From the NCBI GenBank assembly GCA_900551435.1, contig URVW01000003.1:664-64663 (forward strand): a stretch of DNA of 64,000 nt, given 5' to 3'. The notes under the pieces were generated by a model. It was not told where the DNA came from and ran no database searches. It saw only the letters and a list, made by a program, of their open reading frames with translations. The position numbers and the translations under genes are program-made. Source of the DNA: an uncultured Faecalibacterium sp. (GTDB lineage: Bacteria > Bacillota > Clostridia > Oscillospirales > Ruminococcaceae). This document shows positions 26,400 through 36,643 of this stretch, one piece after another. How positions within the stretch are numbered: the first letter of the stretch is position 1; each line of letters starts with the position of its first letter.

Positions 26400-28622
26400 A
26401 TGGAGCAGGAATTGGAACAGATCGAGGGGACGGTCGAGGATATCATCTACGAAAATCCGGACAACGGCTACACTGTGTTCGAGATCTCCGGCGGCGGTGT
26501 GATGACCGTGGTCTGCGGCATTGTGGGCGAGCTTCACGCGGGCGAAAGCGTCGTCTGCCGGGGCAAATTCGAGAATCACGCCACCTATGGCCGGCAATTC
26601 CACGCGCAGGAGTGCGAGACGGACATGCCCAAGGACCTTGAGGCCGTCTACGCTTTCCTTGCAAGCGGGTCGCTGCCGTACATCGGCGCGCGGACCGCGA
26701 ATAAAATTATTGATAAATTCGGCGCACAGGCGCTGGAAATTATTGCAAACGACCCCGCCCAGCTGACGGCAATTCCCGGCATCTCCGCCGACAAGGCCGA
26801 CCGCATCCAGCAGGAGTTCAAGCGGATGTTCGGGATGCGGGAATTGATCGCCTATCTGGCGCAGTTCGAGATCAGCCCCCGCCGTGCGATGGAGGTGTTC
26901 CGCGTCTTTGGACCCAGTGCGATGAACGCCATCTCGTCGAATCCTTATCTGCTCTGCGGCGAACCCTTGCAGCTGGATTTCCGTCATGCGGACAGCATCG
27001 CGCAGTATTATCATATGGAAGGGGACTGCGCCCAGCGGTTGGAAGCCGCCCTTCTGCGCACCCTGCGCCACAACGCGGGCAACGGCCACACCTGTCTGCC
27101 CCGCACCCAGCTGCTGGAAACGGCGTCCAACTTCATCCATCAGCCGCCCGAAAAGCTGGCCCGTGCGCTGGACCACTGTATCGAGACGGAAGAACTCGGC
27201 GTGAAAATGTTCGACGGGACGCCGTATATCTATCTGCCGGACCTTCTGGCGGCGGAACAGGACATCGCGGACCGTCTGGCGCTGCTGACCCGGCGCGGCA
27301 AGCAGACCGCCCGGGACCTCGACAAAAACATACAGGTGCTGGAACTGACGCAGGGCTTTGCCTATGCGCCGCTCCAAAAGGAAGCCATCCGCAAGGCCAT
27401 GACCGAGAACTGTCTGGTTTTGACCGGCGGCCCCGGCACGGGCAAGACCACAACGGTCAATGCCATTCTGCAGCTGCTCGAGCATCAGGCGGAACGGGTG
27501 GCGCTCTGCGCACCCACGGGCCGCGCGGCCAAGCGGCTGAGCGAACTGACCGGACGCAAGGCGTCCACCATCCACCGGCTGCTGGAAGTGGATTACTCCG
27601 GCGGCGTGGTCAGCTTCATCCACAACGACAAGAACCTGCTCAAGTGCGATGTCGTCATCCTTGACGAGATGAGTATGGTGGACGTCAAGCTGTTTCAGGC
27701 GCTCATTGCGGCCCTGCGCTACAGCTGCCGCATCATCATGGTCGGCGATGCCGACCAGCTGCCCAGCGTCGGACCGGGCAACATTCTGGGCGAGATCATC
27801 CGCTCCCAGCTGGTCCCGACGGTCTGCCTGAATGAAATTTTCCGTCAGGCGGCGCGGAGCCTCATCGTCGAGAATGCGCATCATATCATCTCGAACGAGC
27901 CGCTGCAAAAGGGCGGCAAGACGGACGATTTCTTTTTTCTGGAATCGGACGGCGACGCGGCGCAGAAGCTGGTCTGCGACTTGGTCACGACTCGTCTGCC
28001 CCGCAGTTACGGCTTCGATCCCATCCGGGATATTCAGGTCCTCTGCCCGACCAAGCTCGGCCCCACCGGCACACAGGCCCTCAATGTGGAGCTGCAAAAC
28101 CTCCTCAATCCGGAACAAAAAGGAAAACCGCAGCTGCAAAGTGCGGCGCGGGTGTTCCGCGTGGGCGATAAAGTAATGCAGGTGCGCAATAATTATGAGA
28201 TCGTCTGGCAGCGCATCGGCGGTGAACAGGGTGTTGGGGCCTACAACGGCGATATCGGCATCGTGGAATCCATCAACATGCGGGAGCGCTCGATGGTGGT
28301 GCGGATGGACGACCGGCGGCTCATCTACCCGGCGGAGAACCTCAATGAGCTGGAGATCGCTTACGCCATCACGGTACACAAAAGTCAGGGCAGCGAGTTT
28401 CCGGCGGTGATCCTGCCGGTGGCGCAGGTGCCGCCAAGGCTCTGCTACCGCAATCTGTTCTACACCGGCGTGACCCGCGCCCGGAAGCTCTGCATCGTCA
28501 CGGGACGGCGGGACGTCGTGAACCGGATGATGAGCAACGTCCGGCAGAACCTGCGGTACAGCGGCCTGTGCGCCCTGCTGCAGCAGGGCATCCCGGCAGA
28601 GCAGAAGAAGCTGGAAGAATGA
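26400..28622 (+). CDS. recD2: RecD2-type helicase
   Basis: GGPGTGKTT, DEMSMVD, AYAITVHKSQGSE. Confidence 0.93.
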   Translation: MEQELEQIEGTVEDIIYENPDNGYTVFEISGGGVMTVVCGIVGELHAGESVVCRGKFENHATYGRQFHAQECETDMPKDLEAVYAFLASGSLPYIGARTANKIIDKFGAQALEIIANDPAQLTAIPGISADKADRIQQEFKRMFGMRELIAYLAQFEISPRRAMEVFRVFGPSAMNAISSNPYLLCGEPLQLDFRHADSIAQYYHMEGDCAQRLEAALLRTLRHNAGNGHTCLPRTQLLETASNFIHQPPEKLARALDHCIETEELGVKMFDGTPYIYLPDLLAAEQDIADRLALLTRRGKQTARDLDKNIQVLELTQGFAYAPLQKEAIRKAMTENCLVLTGGPGTGKTTTVNAILQLLEHQAERVALCAPTGRAAKRLSELTGRKASTIHRLLEVDYSGGVVSFIHNDKNLLKCDVVILDEMSMVDVKLFQALIAALRYSCRIIMVGDADQLPSVGPGNILGEIIRSQLVPTVCLNEIFRQAARSLIVENAHHIISNEPLQKGGKTDDFFFLESDGDAAQKLVCDLVTTRLPRSYGFDPIRDIQVLCPTKLGPTGTQALNVELQNLLNPEQKGKPQLQSAARVFRVGDKVMQVRNNYEIVWQRIGGEQGVGAYNGDIGIVESINMRERSMVVRMDDRRLIYPAENLNELEIAYAITVHKSQGSEFPAVILPVAQVPPRLCYRNLFYTGVTRARKLCIVTGRRDVVNRMMSNVRQNLRYSGLCALLQQGIPAEQKKLEE

Positions 28623-28750
28623 TGCAAAGCCCAGCGGGATGGGTTTATTTTTCCGCACAACTATGTTATACTAAAACGTGTTTTGATTTCCCGGCCAAAA
28701 TTGGCATTTCAGGATAGAACTAGGGGACGCAGAGAAAGGAACATCACATT

Positions 28751-29776
28751 ATGGCACAGAATGATATCGGCATCGATCTGGGAACAACGACCATCATCAT
28801 CGCGCAGGAGGGGCAGGGCGTCGTGCTCAACCAGCCCAGCGTCGTGGCGGTGGACACCCGCAAGAACTCGGTGCTGGAGGTCGGCGACAAGGCGCTGGCC
28901 ATGGTGGGCCGCACGCCCAACTATATTTCCGCAATTTTCCCGCTGAAGGACGGCGTCATCAGCGACCACACCATGACCCGTGAGCTGATCTGCCGCTTCG
29001 TCAATCAGGTGTACAGCTCCCACATGGTCAAGCCCCGGGTGGCGGTCTGCGTGCCCGCGGCCATCACCGGCATCGAGAGCGACGCCGTGGTCGAGGCCGT
29101 CATGGCGGCGGGTGCACGTCAGGTCTACCTGATCGATGAGCCGATCGCGGCAGCGCTGGGTTCCGGCATCGACATCACCCAGCCCGACGGCCGAATGATC
29201 ATCGATATCGGCGGCGGTACGACGGATATCGCGGTCCTGTCGCTGGGCGGCAAGGTCAAGGCGACCAGCGTCCGCGTGGCGGGCAACCACTACGATGATG
29301 AGATCCTGAAGCACGTCCGCAACAAGTTCAGCATCGCCATCGGCCAGCGGACCGCAGAGCAGCTGAAGAAGAACGTGGCATGCTGCCCCCAGAAGGCCGA
29401 TTTCAACGAGACGATGGAGGTCAAGGGCCGCAGTCTGCTGACCGGTCTGCCCATCCGCGTCAATGTTTCCACCAGCGACTTGTATGAGCCGGTCATGATG
29501 CTCAGCGAGCAGATCGGCACGGCGGCCCATCAGGTGCTGGAAAAGACGCCCCCGGAACTGGCGGGCGATATCTTCCGCAACGGCGTGGTGCTGACGGGCG
29601 GCGGCGCTCAGCTGCACGGTCTGCCGGAGTACCTCAGTCAGGAACTGAAGGTCAACGTCGAAGTCTCCCCGGACCCCGTGAACTGCGTGGCGCTGGGCAC
29701 GGCCATGAGTCTGGGCGTCCGCGACAAGCTGGAGACCGGCTTTACCGACGCAACGCCCCGCATCGGCCGCCGCTGA
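28751..29776 (+). CDS. MreB/Mbl-family rod-shape actin homolog
   Basis: IGIDLGT, DIGGGTT, LTGGGA. Confidence 0.92.
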   Translation: MAQNDIGIDLGTTTIIIAQEGQGVVLNQPSVVAVDTRKNSVLEVGDKALAMVGRTPNYISAIFPLKDGVISDHTMTRELICRFVNQVYSSHMVKPRVAVCVPAAITGIESDAVVEAVMAAGARQVYLIDEPIAAALGSGIDITQPDGRMIIDIGGGTTDIAVLSLGGKVKATSVRVAGNHYDDEILKHVRNKFSIAIGQRTAEQLKKNVACCPQKADFNETMEVKGRSLLTGLPIRVNVSTSDLYEPVMMLSEQIGTAAHQVLEKTPPELAGDIFRNGVVLTGGGAQLHGLPEYLSQELKVNVEVSPDPVNCVALGTAMSLGVRDKLETGFTDATPRIGRR

Positions 29777-29935
29777 GCGAAGCACGGTCCTTCACAGATA
29801 AGAAAAAATTGTGATGTTTTTTGTTCATACTTGTTGAATCGGGCCGGAAAATATTGTATAATAATTTCAAATCGGTTTTTTGCGGGCGGAGGTTTGCTTT
29901 CGTCGGCGAAACAATAAATGACTAGGAGGAAGACC

Positions 29936-30292
29936 ATGAGTTTGGGTTCTGATGTGGTTATCACCATTACCGGTATCGTGCTGGTTTTTGCGATCCTTGT
30001 CCTGCTGATGGCGATCATCACGCTGGAGGGCAAGATCTTCGACGGCATGAATGCGAAGAAGGCTGCAGCAAAGGCTGCTGCGCCCAAGGCTCCTGCCGCA
30101 AAGCCGGCCGCACCTGTTCAGCAGGCAGCTCCCGCTCCTGTGGTGGAAGAGGGCATTCCCGGCGATGTTGTGGCTGCGATTATGGCCGCGATCCACGCAA
30201 TGGGCAATGGCAAGTATACCCTCAAGGCCGTGCGCCGCAGCAAGAATGGCTGGGGCAAGGCCGGTGTCAATGACACCACCGCACCTTTTTAA
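29936..30292 (+). CDS. OadG-family Na+-decarboxylase subunit
   Basis: N-terminal TM, Ala/Pro linker, VVAAIMAAI. Confidence 0.85.
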   Translation: MSLGSDVVITITGIVLVFAILVLLMAIITLEGKIFDGMNAKKAAAKAAAPKAPAAKPAAPVQQAAPAPVVEEGIPGDVVAAIMAAIHAMGNGKYTLKAVRRSKNGWGKAGVNDTTAPF

Positions 30293-30307
30293 CACAGGAG
30301 GAAGAAC

Positions 30308-31516
30308 ATGACACAGTTTATTAGTACTCTGGTCGGTATTTTCCAAAGTTCCGGTTTTGCACAGTTCGGCGAACCGGGCGGCTATCTGTACGCGATCATG
30401 ATTTGCGTCGGCTGCTTTTTGCTGTACCTGGCCATCGTAAAAGAATTTGAGCCTCTGATCCTGCTGCCCATGGCATTTGGCATGATCCTTGCCAACCTGC
30501 CCGGAAGCGGCATCATCCACATGCAGTATTTCGTCGGTGATGGTCTGGAGCATCCGATGTGGATCGAGATCCTGAACAACGGCGGTCTGGCAGATATGCT
30601 CTATATGGGCGTCAAGCTGGGCATCTACCCGCCGCTGATCTTCCTCGGCATCGGCACGATGACCGACTTCGCACCGCTGATCTCCAACCCCAAGAGCTTG
30701 CTGCTGGGCGCTGCTGCTCAATTCGGTATTTTCGGTACTTACATGGGCGCCCGTCTGCTGGCTGCTACCGGTCTGGTGGACTTCACCCAGAAGCAGTCTG
30801 CTGCCATCGCCATCATCGGCGGCGCAGATGGTCCTACCGCAATTTTCGTTACCTCTCGTCTGGCTCCGGAACTGTTGGGCAGTATCGCCGTTGCGGCGTA
30901 TAGCTACATGGCTCTGGTCCCCGTTATCCAGCCGCCTATCATGAAGGCTCTGACCACCAAGAAAGAGCGTACTGTCGTCATGAAGCAGCTGCGTACCGTG
31001 ACCAAGACCGAGAAGATCATCTTCCCCATCATGGTCACCATCATCGTTTCCCTGATCGTTCCGGATGCCGCCGTTCTGGTCGGCATGCTGATGCTGGGCA
31101 ACCTGATGAAGGAGTCCGGTGTTGTGGATCGTATCCAGAAAACCGCTGGCAATGAGCTGATGAATATCATCACCATCTTCCTGGCTCTGTCGGTCGGCTG
31201 CACCACTTCTGCAAATACCTTCCTGAACACCCGCACCCTGTTCATCATCGTGCTGGGCCTGATCGCATTCTCCTTCGGTACGGCTGCCGGCGTTCTGTGC
31301 GGCAAGGTCATGTATAAGCTGACCGGTGGTCAGGTCAACCCCCTGATCGGTTCCGCTGGCGTTTCTGCTGTTCCTATGGCTGCCCGTGTTTCTCAGAAGG
31401 TCGGCCAGAGCGAGAACCCCTCCAACTTCCTGCTGATGCACGCAATGGGTCCCAACGTCGCTGGCGTTATCGGCTCTGCTGTTGCTGCTGGTATCCTGAT
31501 CAACATCTTCGGCTAA
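30308..31516 (+). CDS. Na+-translocating decarboxylase beta subunit
   Basis: IIGGADGPTAI, AVAAYSYMALVP, HAMGPNVAG. Confidence 0.96.
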   Translation: MTQFISTLVGIFQSSGFAQFGEPGGYLYAIMICVGCFLLYLAIVKEFEPLILLPMAFGMILANLPGSGIIHMQYFVGDGLEHPMWIEILNNGGLADMLYMGVKLGIYPPLIFLGIGTMTDFAPLISNPKSLLLGAAAQFGIFGTYMGARLLAATGLVDFTQKQSAAIAIIGGADGPTAIFVTSRLAPELLGSIAVAAYSYMALVPVIQPPIMKALTTKKERTVVMKQLRTVTKTEKIIFPIMVTIIVSLIVPDAAVLVGMLMLGNLMKESGVVDRIQKTAGNELMNIITIFLALSVGCTTSANTFLNTRTLFIIVLGLIAFSFGTAAGVLCGKVMYKLTGGQVNPLIGSAGVSAVPMAARVSQKVGQSENPSNFLLMHAMGPNVAGVIGSAVAAGILINIFG

Positions 31517-31674
31517 GGCGCATCTTGGCAAACTGAATTTTGCACCGCCCATCCATGGACTCGTGTCATGGATGGGCGGTTTTTTATGCTGGAAACTCTG
31601 TGCAATGGGAGTCAAATGTGATATACTATATCTTAGTGATTCACGCGAAAATAGCTTAAAGAACAGGTGAAACA

Positions 31675-34332
31675 ATGGCAACAACTCTCAAGCAGGAATT
31701 TTGTGCCCTGCGTGATACCTACATTGAAAAACAGTTTGGCCGCCTGAACGAGATGCAGCGGGAGGCTGTGTTTACCACCAACGGTCCGCTGCTGATTCTG
31801 GCGGGCGCTGGCAGCGGAAAAACGACCGTTCTGGTCAACCGCATTGCAAATCTGATCCGATTCGGTTCGGCGCACGGCTCCTCATGGACCCCCCGCGAGG
31901 TGGAGGAAGAGGACGTCAAGGCCCTGCGCATGGCCATCATGACCGGGACCGACGCCCCCGCTTGGCTGGATGGGATGCTTCGCAAAGATGCCGTCCGCAG
32001 TTGGAACGTCATGGCGATCACCTTTACCAATAAGGCGGCGGGAGAGCTGAAAGAGCGTCTGCGGAACATGCTGGGCGGGGAAGAGGGCGACGAAGTGTTC
32101 GCGTCTACCTTCCATTCGGCTTGTGTCCGTATCCTGCGCCGCTGGGCGGAGGAGATCGGCTACCCGAAGAGCTTTACCATCTACGACACGGATGATTCCC
32201 AGCGGGTGATGAAGGCAGTCTATAAAGAACTGAGCATCGACGAGAAGTCTTTGGCGGTCAAGACTGCAATCAATATGATGAGTTCTCGAAAAGATCAAAT
32301 GGTCAGTACTTCTGACGCACTAAAGGACCCAACACTTGGCGTTAAAGGCAAGTATGACCGTTATAAGTGCGGAATTTCTGCCAAAGCGTACGCGGCCTAC
32401 GAGAAGAAACTGAAGGATGCAGGTGCGTTCGATTTTGACGATTTGATTTACTATACGGTCCAGCTCCTTGCAGAGCACGACGAAGTGCGCGAATTTTACC
32501 AGAACAAATACCGCTATCTGCTGGTGGACGAGTATCAGGACACCAGCGTAGCGCAGTTCCGGCTGGTCAGTCTGCTCACCGGACCGGAAAAGAACATCTG
32601 CGTCGTCGGCGACGATGACCAGAGCATTTACCGATTCCGTGGCGCGACCATCGAGAATATCCTCAATTTCGAACGCATCTATCCGGGAACCAAGACCATC
32701 CGTCTGGAACAAAACTACCGTTCTACGTCGAATATTCTGAATGCTGCAAACTGTGTCATCCAGCACAACACCGAGCGCAAGGGCAAGACGCTCTGGACCA
32801 AGAACGGCGAAGGCGACAAGGTGCAGGTCTACACGGCGGAAAATGAGCAGGATGAGGCAATGCACATCGCGGACGTCATTGGTCAGCACCTGAAAGAGGG
32901 CGGCCACCTGTCCGACCATGCGGTGCTTTACCGGATGAACGCACAGTCGAACCCCGTGGAAGCGTACTTCACCCGCGCGGGCATCCCGCACAAGATCGTG
33001 GGCGGTCAGCGCTTCAACGACCGCAAGGAAGTCAAGGATATCCATTCGTATATGTCCATCGTCTCGAATGCGCGGGACGATGTGCGTCTGCGCCGCATCA
33101 TCAACGAGCCTGCGCGAAAAATCGGAAACACGACGATCGAGGTCATCGCGGACCTTGCTGCGCAGGAGAACACCAGTATGCTGGAAATCATCAGCCACGC
33201 GGACCAGTACGCGCGGCTGTCCCGGTCTATCATGCCGCTGCTCAAATTCTGGCAGATCTACGAGAAACTGCAGGAGTCTCTGGAAACGCGGACGCTGGAC
33301 GAATTTGCGTCCGATGTCATCGAGCTGACCGGTTACAAGGCCATGCTGGAAGCGGACATTGCCAAGGGCCACGAGGATGCGGCGGACCGCTTGCAGAACC
33401 TTGGCCAGCTGGTCAACAACGTCAAGAACTACTGCGACCAGCACGGCGAGGACGCCACGCTGGAAGGCTATCTGGAAGATATCGCCCTCATCAGCGATAT
33501 CGACAGCTACAACGAGAGCAGCGATCAGGTGGTCCTGATGACCATCCACTCGGCCAAGGGCTTGGAATTTCCCTATGTGTTCCTCATCGGCATGGAAGAG
33601 GGCGTGTTCCCCAGCGAGATGAGCAAATATTCCGAGGCCGACCTTGAGGAAGAGCGCCGCTTGGCCTATGTCGGCATCACCCGCGCCAAGAAGGAGCTGT
33701 ACATCTCCAACAGCGTCACCCGGATGCTCTATGGCCGGACCCAGCGCAACGAGCCCAGCCGGTTCCTGCGCGAGATCGAGCCGGAATACATTGAAGAGAC
33801 GCGCAGTCCGTCCTTTGAGCGGCGCTCCCGCTTGGGCGGATGGGGTTCGGAATACAGCGATACCGTTCCCGGCGGAGCATCGGGCTATTCCGGTGCGTCC
33901 GGCTGGGGCCGGAGCAGCTATGGTTCCGGCTACGGTTCGGGATCTGGCTCCGGAAACCGCTCCAATTATCTGAACGCGGAGTACAACGGCGGGAGCCGTG
34001 GGTTCGGGTCCGGATATGCAGGGCGCGGGTCGTCCGCTTCTAATTCTGGCGGAAACACAGGCGGTTTTGGCTCCAACTACAGCCGCTCTGCCGCCCCTAA
34101 AGCCCCGGAAAGGTCGGTGCAGTTCTCGGTCCCGGCCCCGAAACCGGCCGCAAACACCCCCAAGCACTACGAGCCGGGGGATATCGTGGAGCATAAGGTG
34201 TTCGGACGCGGCAAGGTGCTCAAAGTCAAGCCCGCCGCAGGAGATCAGATCGTAGAGATCAATTTTGAAAAGGTCGGCGTCAAAAAGACGATGGCGAACT
34301 TCGCCCCGCTGACCAAGATAACGGAGGAATGA
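31675..34332 (+). CDS. pcrA: PcrA/UvrD helicase
   Basis: AGAGSGKT, DEYQD, MTIHSAKGLE, C-terminal Tudor-like domain. Confidence 0.95.
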   Translation: MATTLKQEFCALRDTYIEKQFGRLNEMQREAVFTTNGPLLILAGAGSGKTTVLVNRIANLIRFGSAHGSSWTPREVEEEDVKALRMAIMTGTDAPAWLDGMLRKDAVRSWNVMAITFTNKAAGELKERLRNMLGGEEGDEVFASTFHSACVRILRRWAEEIGYPKSFTIYDTDDSQRVMKAVYKELSIDEKSLAVKTAINMMSSRKDQMVSTSDALKDPTLGVKGKYDRYKCGISAKAYAAYEKKLKDAGAFDFDDLIYYTVQLLAEHDEVREFYQNKYRYLLVDEYQDTSVAQFRLVSLLTGPEKNICVVGDDDQSIYRFRGATIENILNFERIYPGTKTIRLEQNYRSTSNILNAANCVIQHNTERKGKTLWTKNGEGDKVQVYTAENEQDEAMHIADVIGQHLKEGGHLSDHAVLYRMNAQSNPVEAYFTRAGIPHKIVGGQRFNDRKEVKDIHSYMSIVSNARDDVRLRRIINEPARKIGNTTIEVIADLAAQENTSMLEIISHADQYARLSRSIMPLLKFWQIYEKLQESLETRTLDEFASDVIELTGYKAMLEADIAKGHEDAADRLQNLGQLVNNVKNYCDQHGEDATLEGYLEDIALISDIDSYNESSDQVVLMTIHSAKGLEFPYVFLIGMEEGVFPSEMSKYSEADLEEERRLAYVGITRAKKELYISNSVTRMLYGRTQRNEPSRFLREIEPEYIEETRSPSFERRSRLGGWGSEYSDTVPGGASGYSGASGWGRSSYGSGYGSGSGSGNRSNYLNAEYNGGSRGFGSGYAGRGSSASNSGGNTGGFGSNYSRSAAPKAPERSVQFSVPAPKPAANTPKHYEPGDIVEHKVFGRGKVLKVKPAAGDQIVEINFEKVGVKKTMANFAPLTKITEE

Positions 34333-34335
34333 CAG

Positions 34336-35112
34336 ATGATGACGGTTCGATTGATCGCCTATACCCCAGAGCCGGAAAAGGTGGTGGCAGCGGCGGCCAA
34401 GCTCTGCTATTCCGATGCGCACATCACCGACCTGCTGGACGGGCTGGACGACGAAAAAACGGCAAAGTTTCTGAATATGCTCAGTGACCTCGGCCATGCC
34501 AGCCCCATTGAACATGCCAGCTTCACCTTTGGCATCGAGGGTGTCAGCCGCACGCTGCTGGCCCAGATCACCCGCCACCGCATTGCATCGTTCAGCGTTC
34601 AAAGCCAGCGCTATGTCCGTTTGGACGATTTCCGCTATGTCATCCCGCCCGAGATCGAGGCCATCCCTGAAGCAAAGGAAGCCTTTATCGCGAGTATGAA
34701 CGAGGATGCCAAGCGCTACCTCGACCTTGTGCAGAAGCTGGAGGACGGGCACACCGCCCGCCTTATGGCCGAAGGACTGCCTGAAAAACAGGCCCGTGCC
34801 AAGGCGTCCAAACAGGCCAACGAGGACGCACGCTTCGTGCTGCCCAACGCCTGTGAGACGAAGATGGTCGTCACGATGAACGCCCGCAGTCTGCAGAACT
34901 TCTTCCATCTGCGCTGCTGCAACCGGGCACAGTGGGAGATCCGCGCGCTGGCCGAGGAGATGCTTCGGCTGGTCTATCCGGTCGCGCCGCATCTGTTCCG
35001 TACGGCGGGACCGGCGTGCGTGTCCGGCCCCTGCCCGGAGGGCAAGATGTGCTGCGGCAAGACCGCTGAGGTGCGGGACCGCTATGCAGCGCTGAAGGGG
35101 GAACAGGCATGA
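34336..35112 (+). CDS. thyX: FAD-dependent thymidylate synthase
   Basis: [14 protein letters not shown]. Confidence 0.96.
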   Translation: MMTVRLIAYTPEPEKVVAAAAKLCYSDAHITDLLDGLDDEKTAKFLNMLSDLGHASPIEHASFTFGIEGVSRTLLAQITRHRIASFSVQSQRYVRLDDFRYVIPPEIEAIPEAKEAFIASMNEDAKRYLDLVQKLEDGHTARLMAEGLPEKQARAKASKQANEDARFVLPNACETKMVVTMNARSLQNFFHLRCCNRAQWEIRALAEEMLRLVYPVAPHLFRTAGPACVSGPCPEGKMCCGKTAEVRDRYAALKGEQA

Positions 35113-35777
35113 GCAAGGGAAAGCTGATCGTGCTGGAAGGGCTGGACGGCAGCGGCAAGGCCACACAGGCAAAGCTGCTGGCCGAAAAGCTGACCGCCGA
35201 AGGAAGAGCGGTGCGGGAAGTGAGCTTCCCGAACTATGCCAGCGATTCCAGCGCACTGGTCAAGATGTATCTGGCCGGCCAGTTCGGCGAAAAGCCGGAC
35301 GATGTGAACGCCTACGCGGCCTCGACGTTTTATTCGGTGGACCGCTATGCGGGGTATAAATCGGATTGGGGGACGTTCTACGAGAACGGCGGCGTCATCG
35401 TCGCCGACCGCTACACGACCTCCAACGCCGTCCACCAGTGCTCGAAGCTCCCGCCGGAACAGTGGGAGAGCTTTCTGCAATGGCTGTTTGATTTCGAGTT
35501 CCGGCTGCTGGGACTGCCCGCGCCGGACTGCGTGATCTACTTACAGGTGGACCCCGCCGTGAGCCAGAAGCTGATGACCCAGCGCTACCACGGCGACGAG
35601 AGCAAAAAGGATGTCCACGAGAAGGATGTGGAGTACCTGAAGCGGAGCCGCCGCGCCGCCGAATTTTGTGCGGCGCATCTCGGCTGGCAGACCGTTGCCT
35701 GTTCGGAGGGCGATTCCATGCGCAGCATCGAAGCCATCCAGCAGGAAGTGCAGAAGCTGGCGGAACAGGTCCTGTAA
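35109..35777 (+). CDS. tmk: Thymidylate kinase
   Basis: [14 protein letters not shown]. Confidence 0.9.
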   Translation: MSKGKLIVLEGLDGSGKATQAKLLAEKLTAEGRAVREVSFPNYASDSSALVKMYLAGQFGEKPDDVNAYAASTFYSVDRYAGYKSDWGTFYENGGVIVADRYTTSNAVHQCSKLPPEQWESFLQWLFDFEFRLLGLPAPDCVIYLQVDPAVSQKLMTQRYHGDESKKDVHEKDVEYLKRSRRAAEFCAAHLGWQTVACSEGDSMRSIEAIQQEVQKLAEQVL

Positions 35778-35793
35778 CAGGACTGGATAAAAA

Positions 35794-36630
35794 ATGAGCA
35801 AGGAGGAATCCTATTTCATGTACCGTTTGATGCAGCCGTCCGACCGGGCGGAGATCACCACGCTGTGGCAGCGTGAGCACGGAGACTCGGAAGCTTTCGT
35901 CATGAAAGTCCTCGAGCAGTTTGCGGGCGAACAGAACGTCTACGTCGCCGAGGAGAATGATCGGATCGAAGCGGTGGTGCTGGCAGTCCCAGTCACCTTG
36001 CAGGGCCGCACGGGCTGTTACCTTTACGGCCTGACCGGGCAGGGGAGCCTGATCCTGGCGGGCCTTGTGGACCATCTCTGCGCCCAGCAGCGGGCAAAAG
36101 GGGCGGGATTCGTGGTGACCGTCCCGACCGGGCCGGAACAGGCCGCGCTGCTGCAGGACAAGGGATTCCAGTGGGCGTTCCCGCTGCGGTGTCTGCCCCG
36201 CGAGGTGGAGCGCAACCTGTGGAGCCAAGCTGAATTCGACTCGGTGACCGCGAAAAAGCTCTGCGAACTGCGGGCGCGGTTCTGGCCGGATACGGTCCAG
36301 CTCCCGCCGGAGCAGATGGCGGTCGTGTTCGGCGACCTGTACTCCCGCGGTGCGACCATCGTGTCCAGCGAAGAAGGCTACGGCATCTATTTCCGCAAAG
36401 AGGATACCCTTTATTTTGTTGAGATGATGGCTTCCGGCGACCGTGCCGCCGAAAAGCTGATGGAAGCGGCCCGCGAAAAAGAAGTCATCGTGGAAAAGGC
36501 TGTCATCACCGTGGGCGCGGCGCAGAACCTCTTCCTTGGAGAGGGCAAGCGGCAGGACTACGGCATGATCCGCTTTGAGGGTGAGCCTTTTGATGTGAGC
36601 GAAAGCTACATGCGGCTGATGATGGACTGA
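35794..36630 (+). CDS. GNAT-fold protein
   Basis: Divergent acetyltransferase fold; in operon. Confidence 0.65.
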   Translation: MSKEESYFMYRLMQPSDRAEITTLWQREHGDSEAFVMKVLEQFAGEQNVYVAEENDRIEAVVLAVPVTLQGRTGCYLYGLTGQGSLILAGLVDHLCAQQRAKGAGFVVTVPTGPEQAALLQDKGFQWAFPLRCLPREVERNLWSQAEFDSVTAKKLCELRARFWPDTVQLPPEQMAVVFGDLYSRGATIVSSEEGYGIYFRKEDTLYFVEMMASGDRAAEKLMEAAREKEVIVEKAVITVGAAQNLFLGEGKRQDYGMIRFEGEPFDVSESYMRLMMD

Positions 36631-36643
36631 AAGGGAGCTGAGT

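Noticed and set aside
29860..29935. Na+ riboswitch upstream of the oadG-like gene
   Set aside because: Context fits, but the leader is short and I could not match a consensus or terminator.
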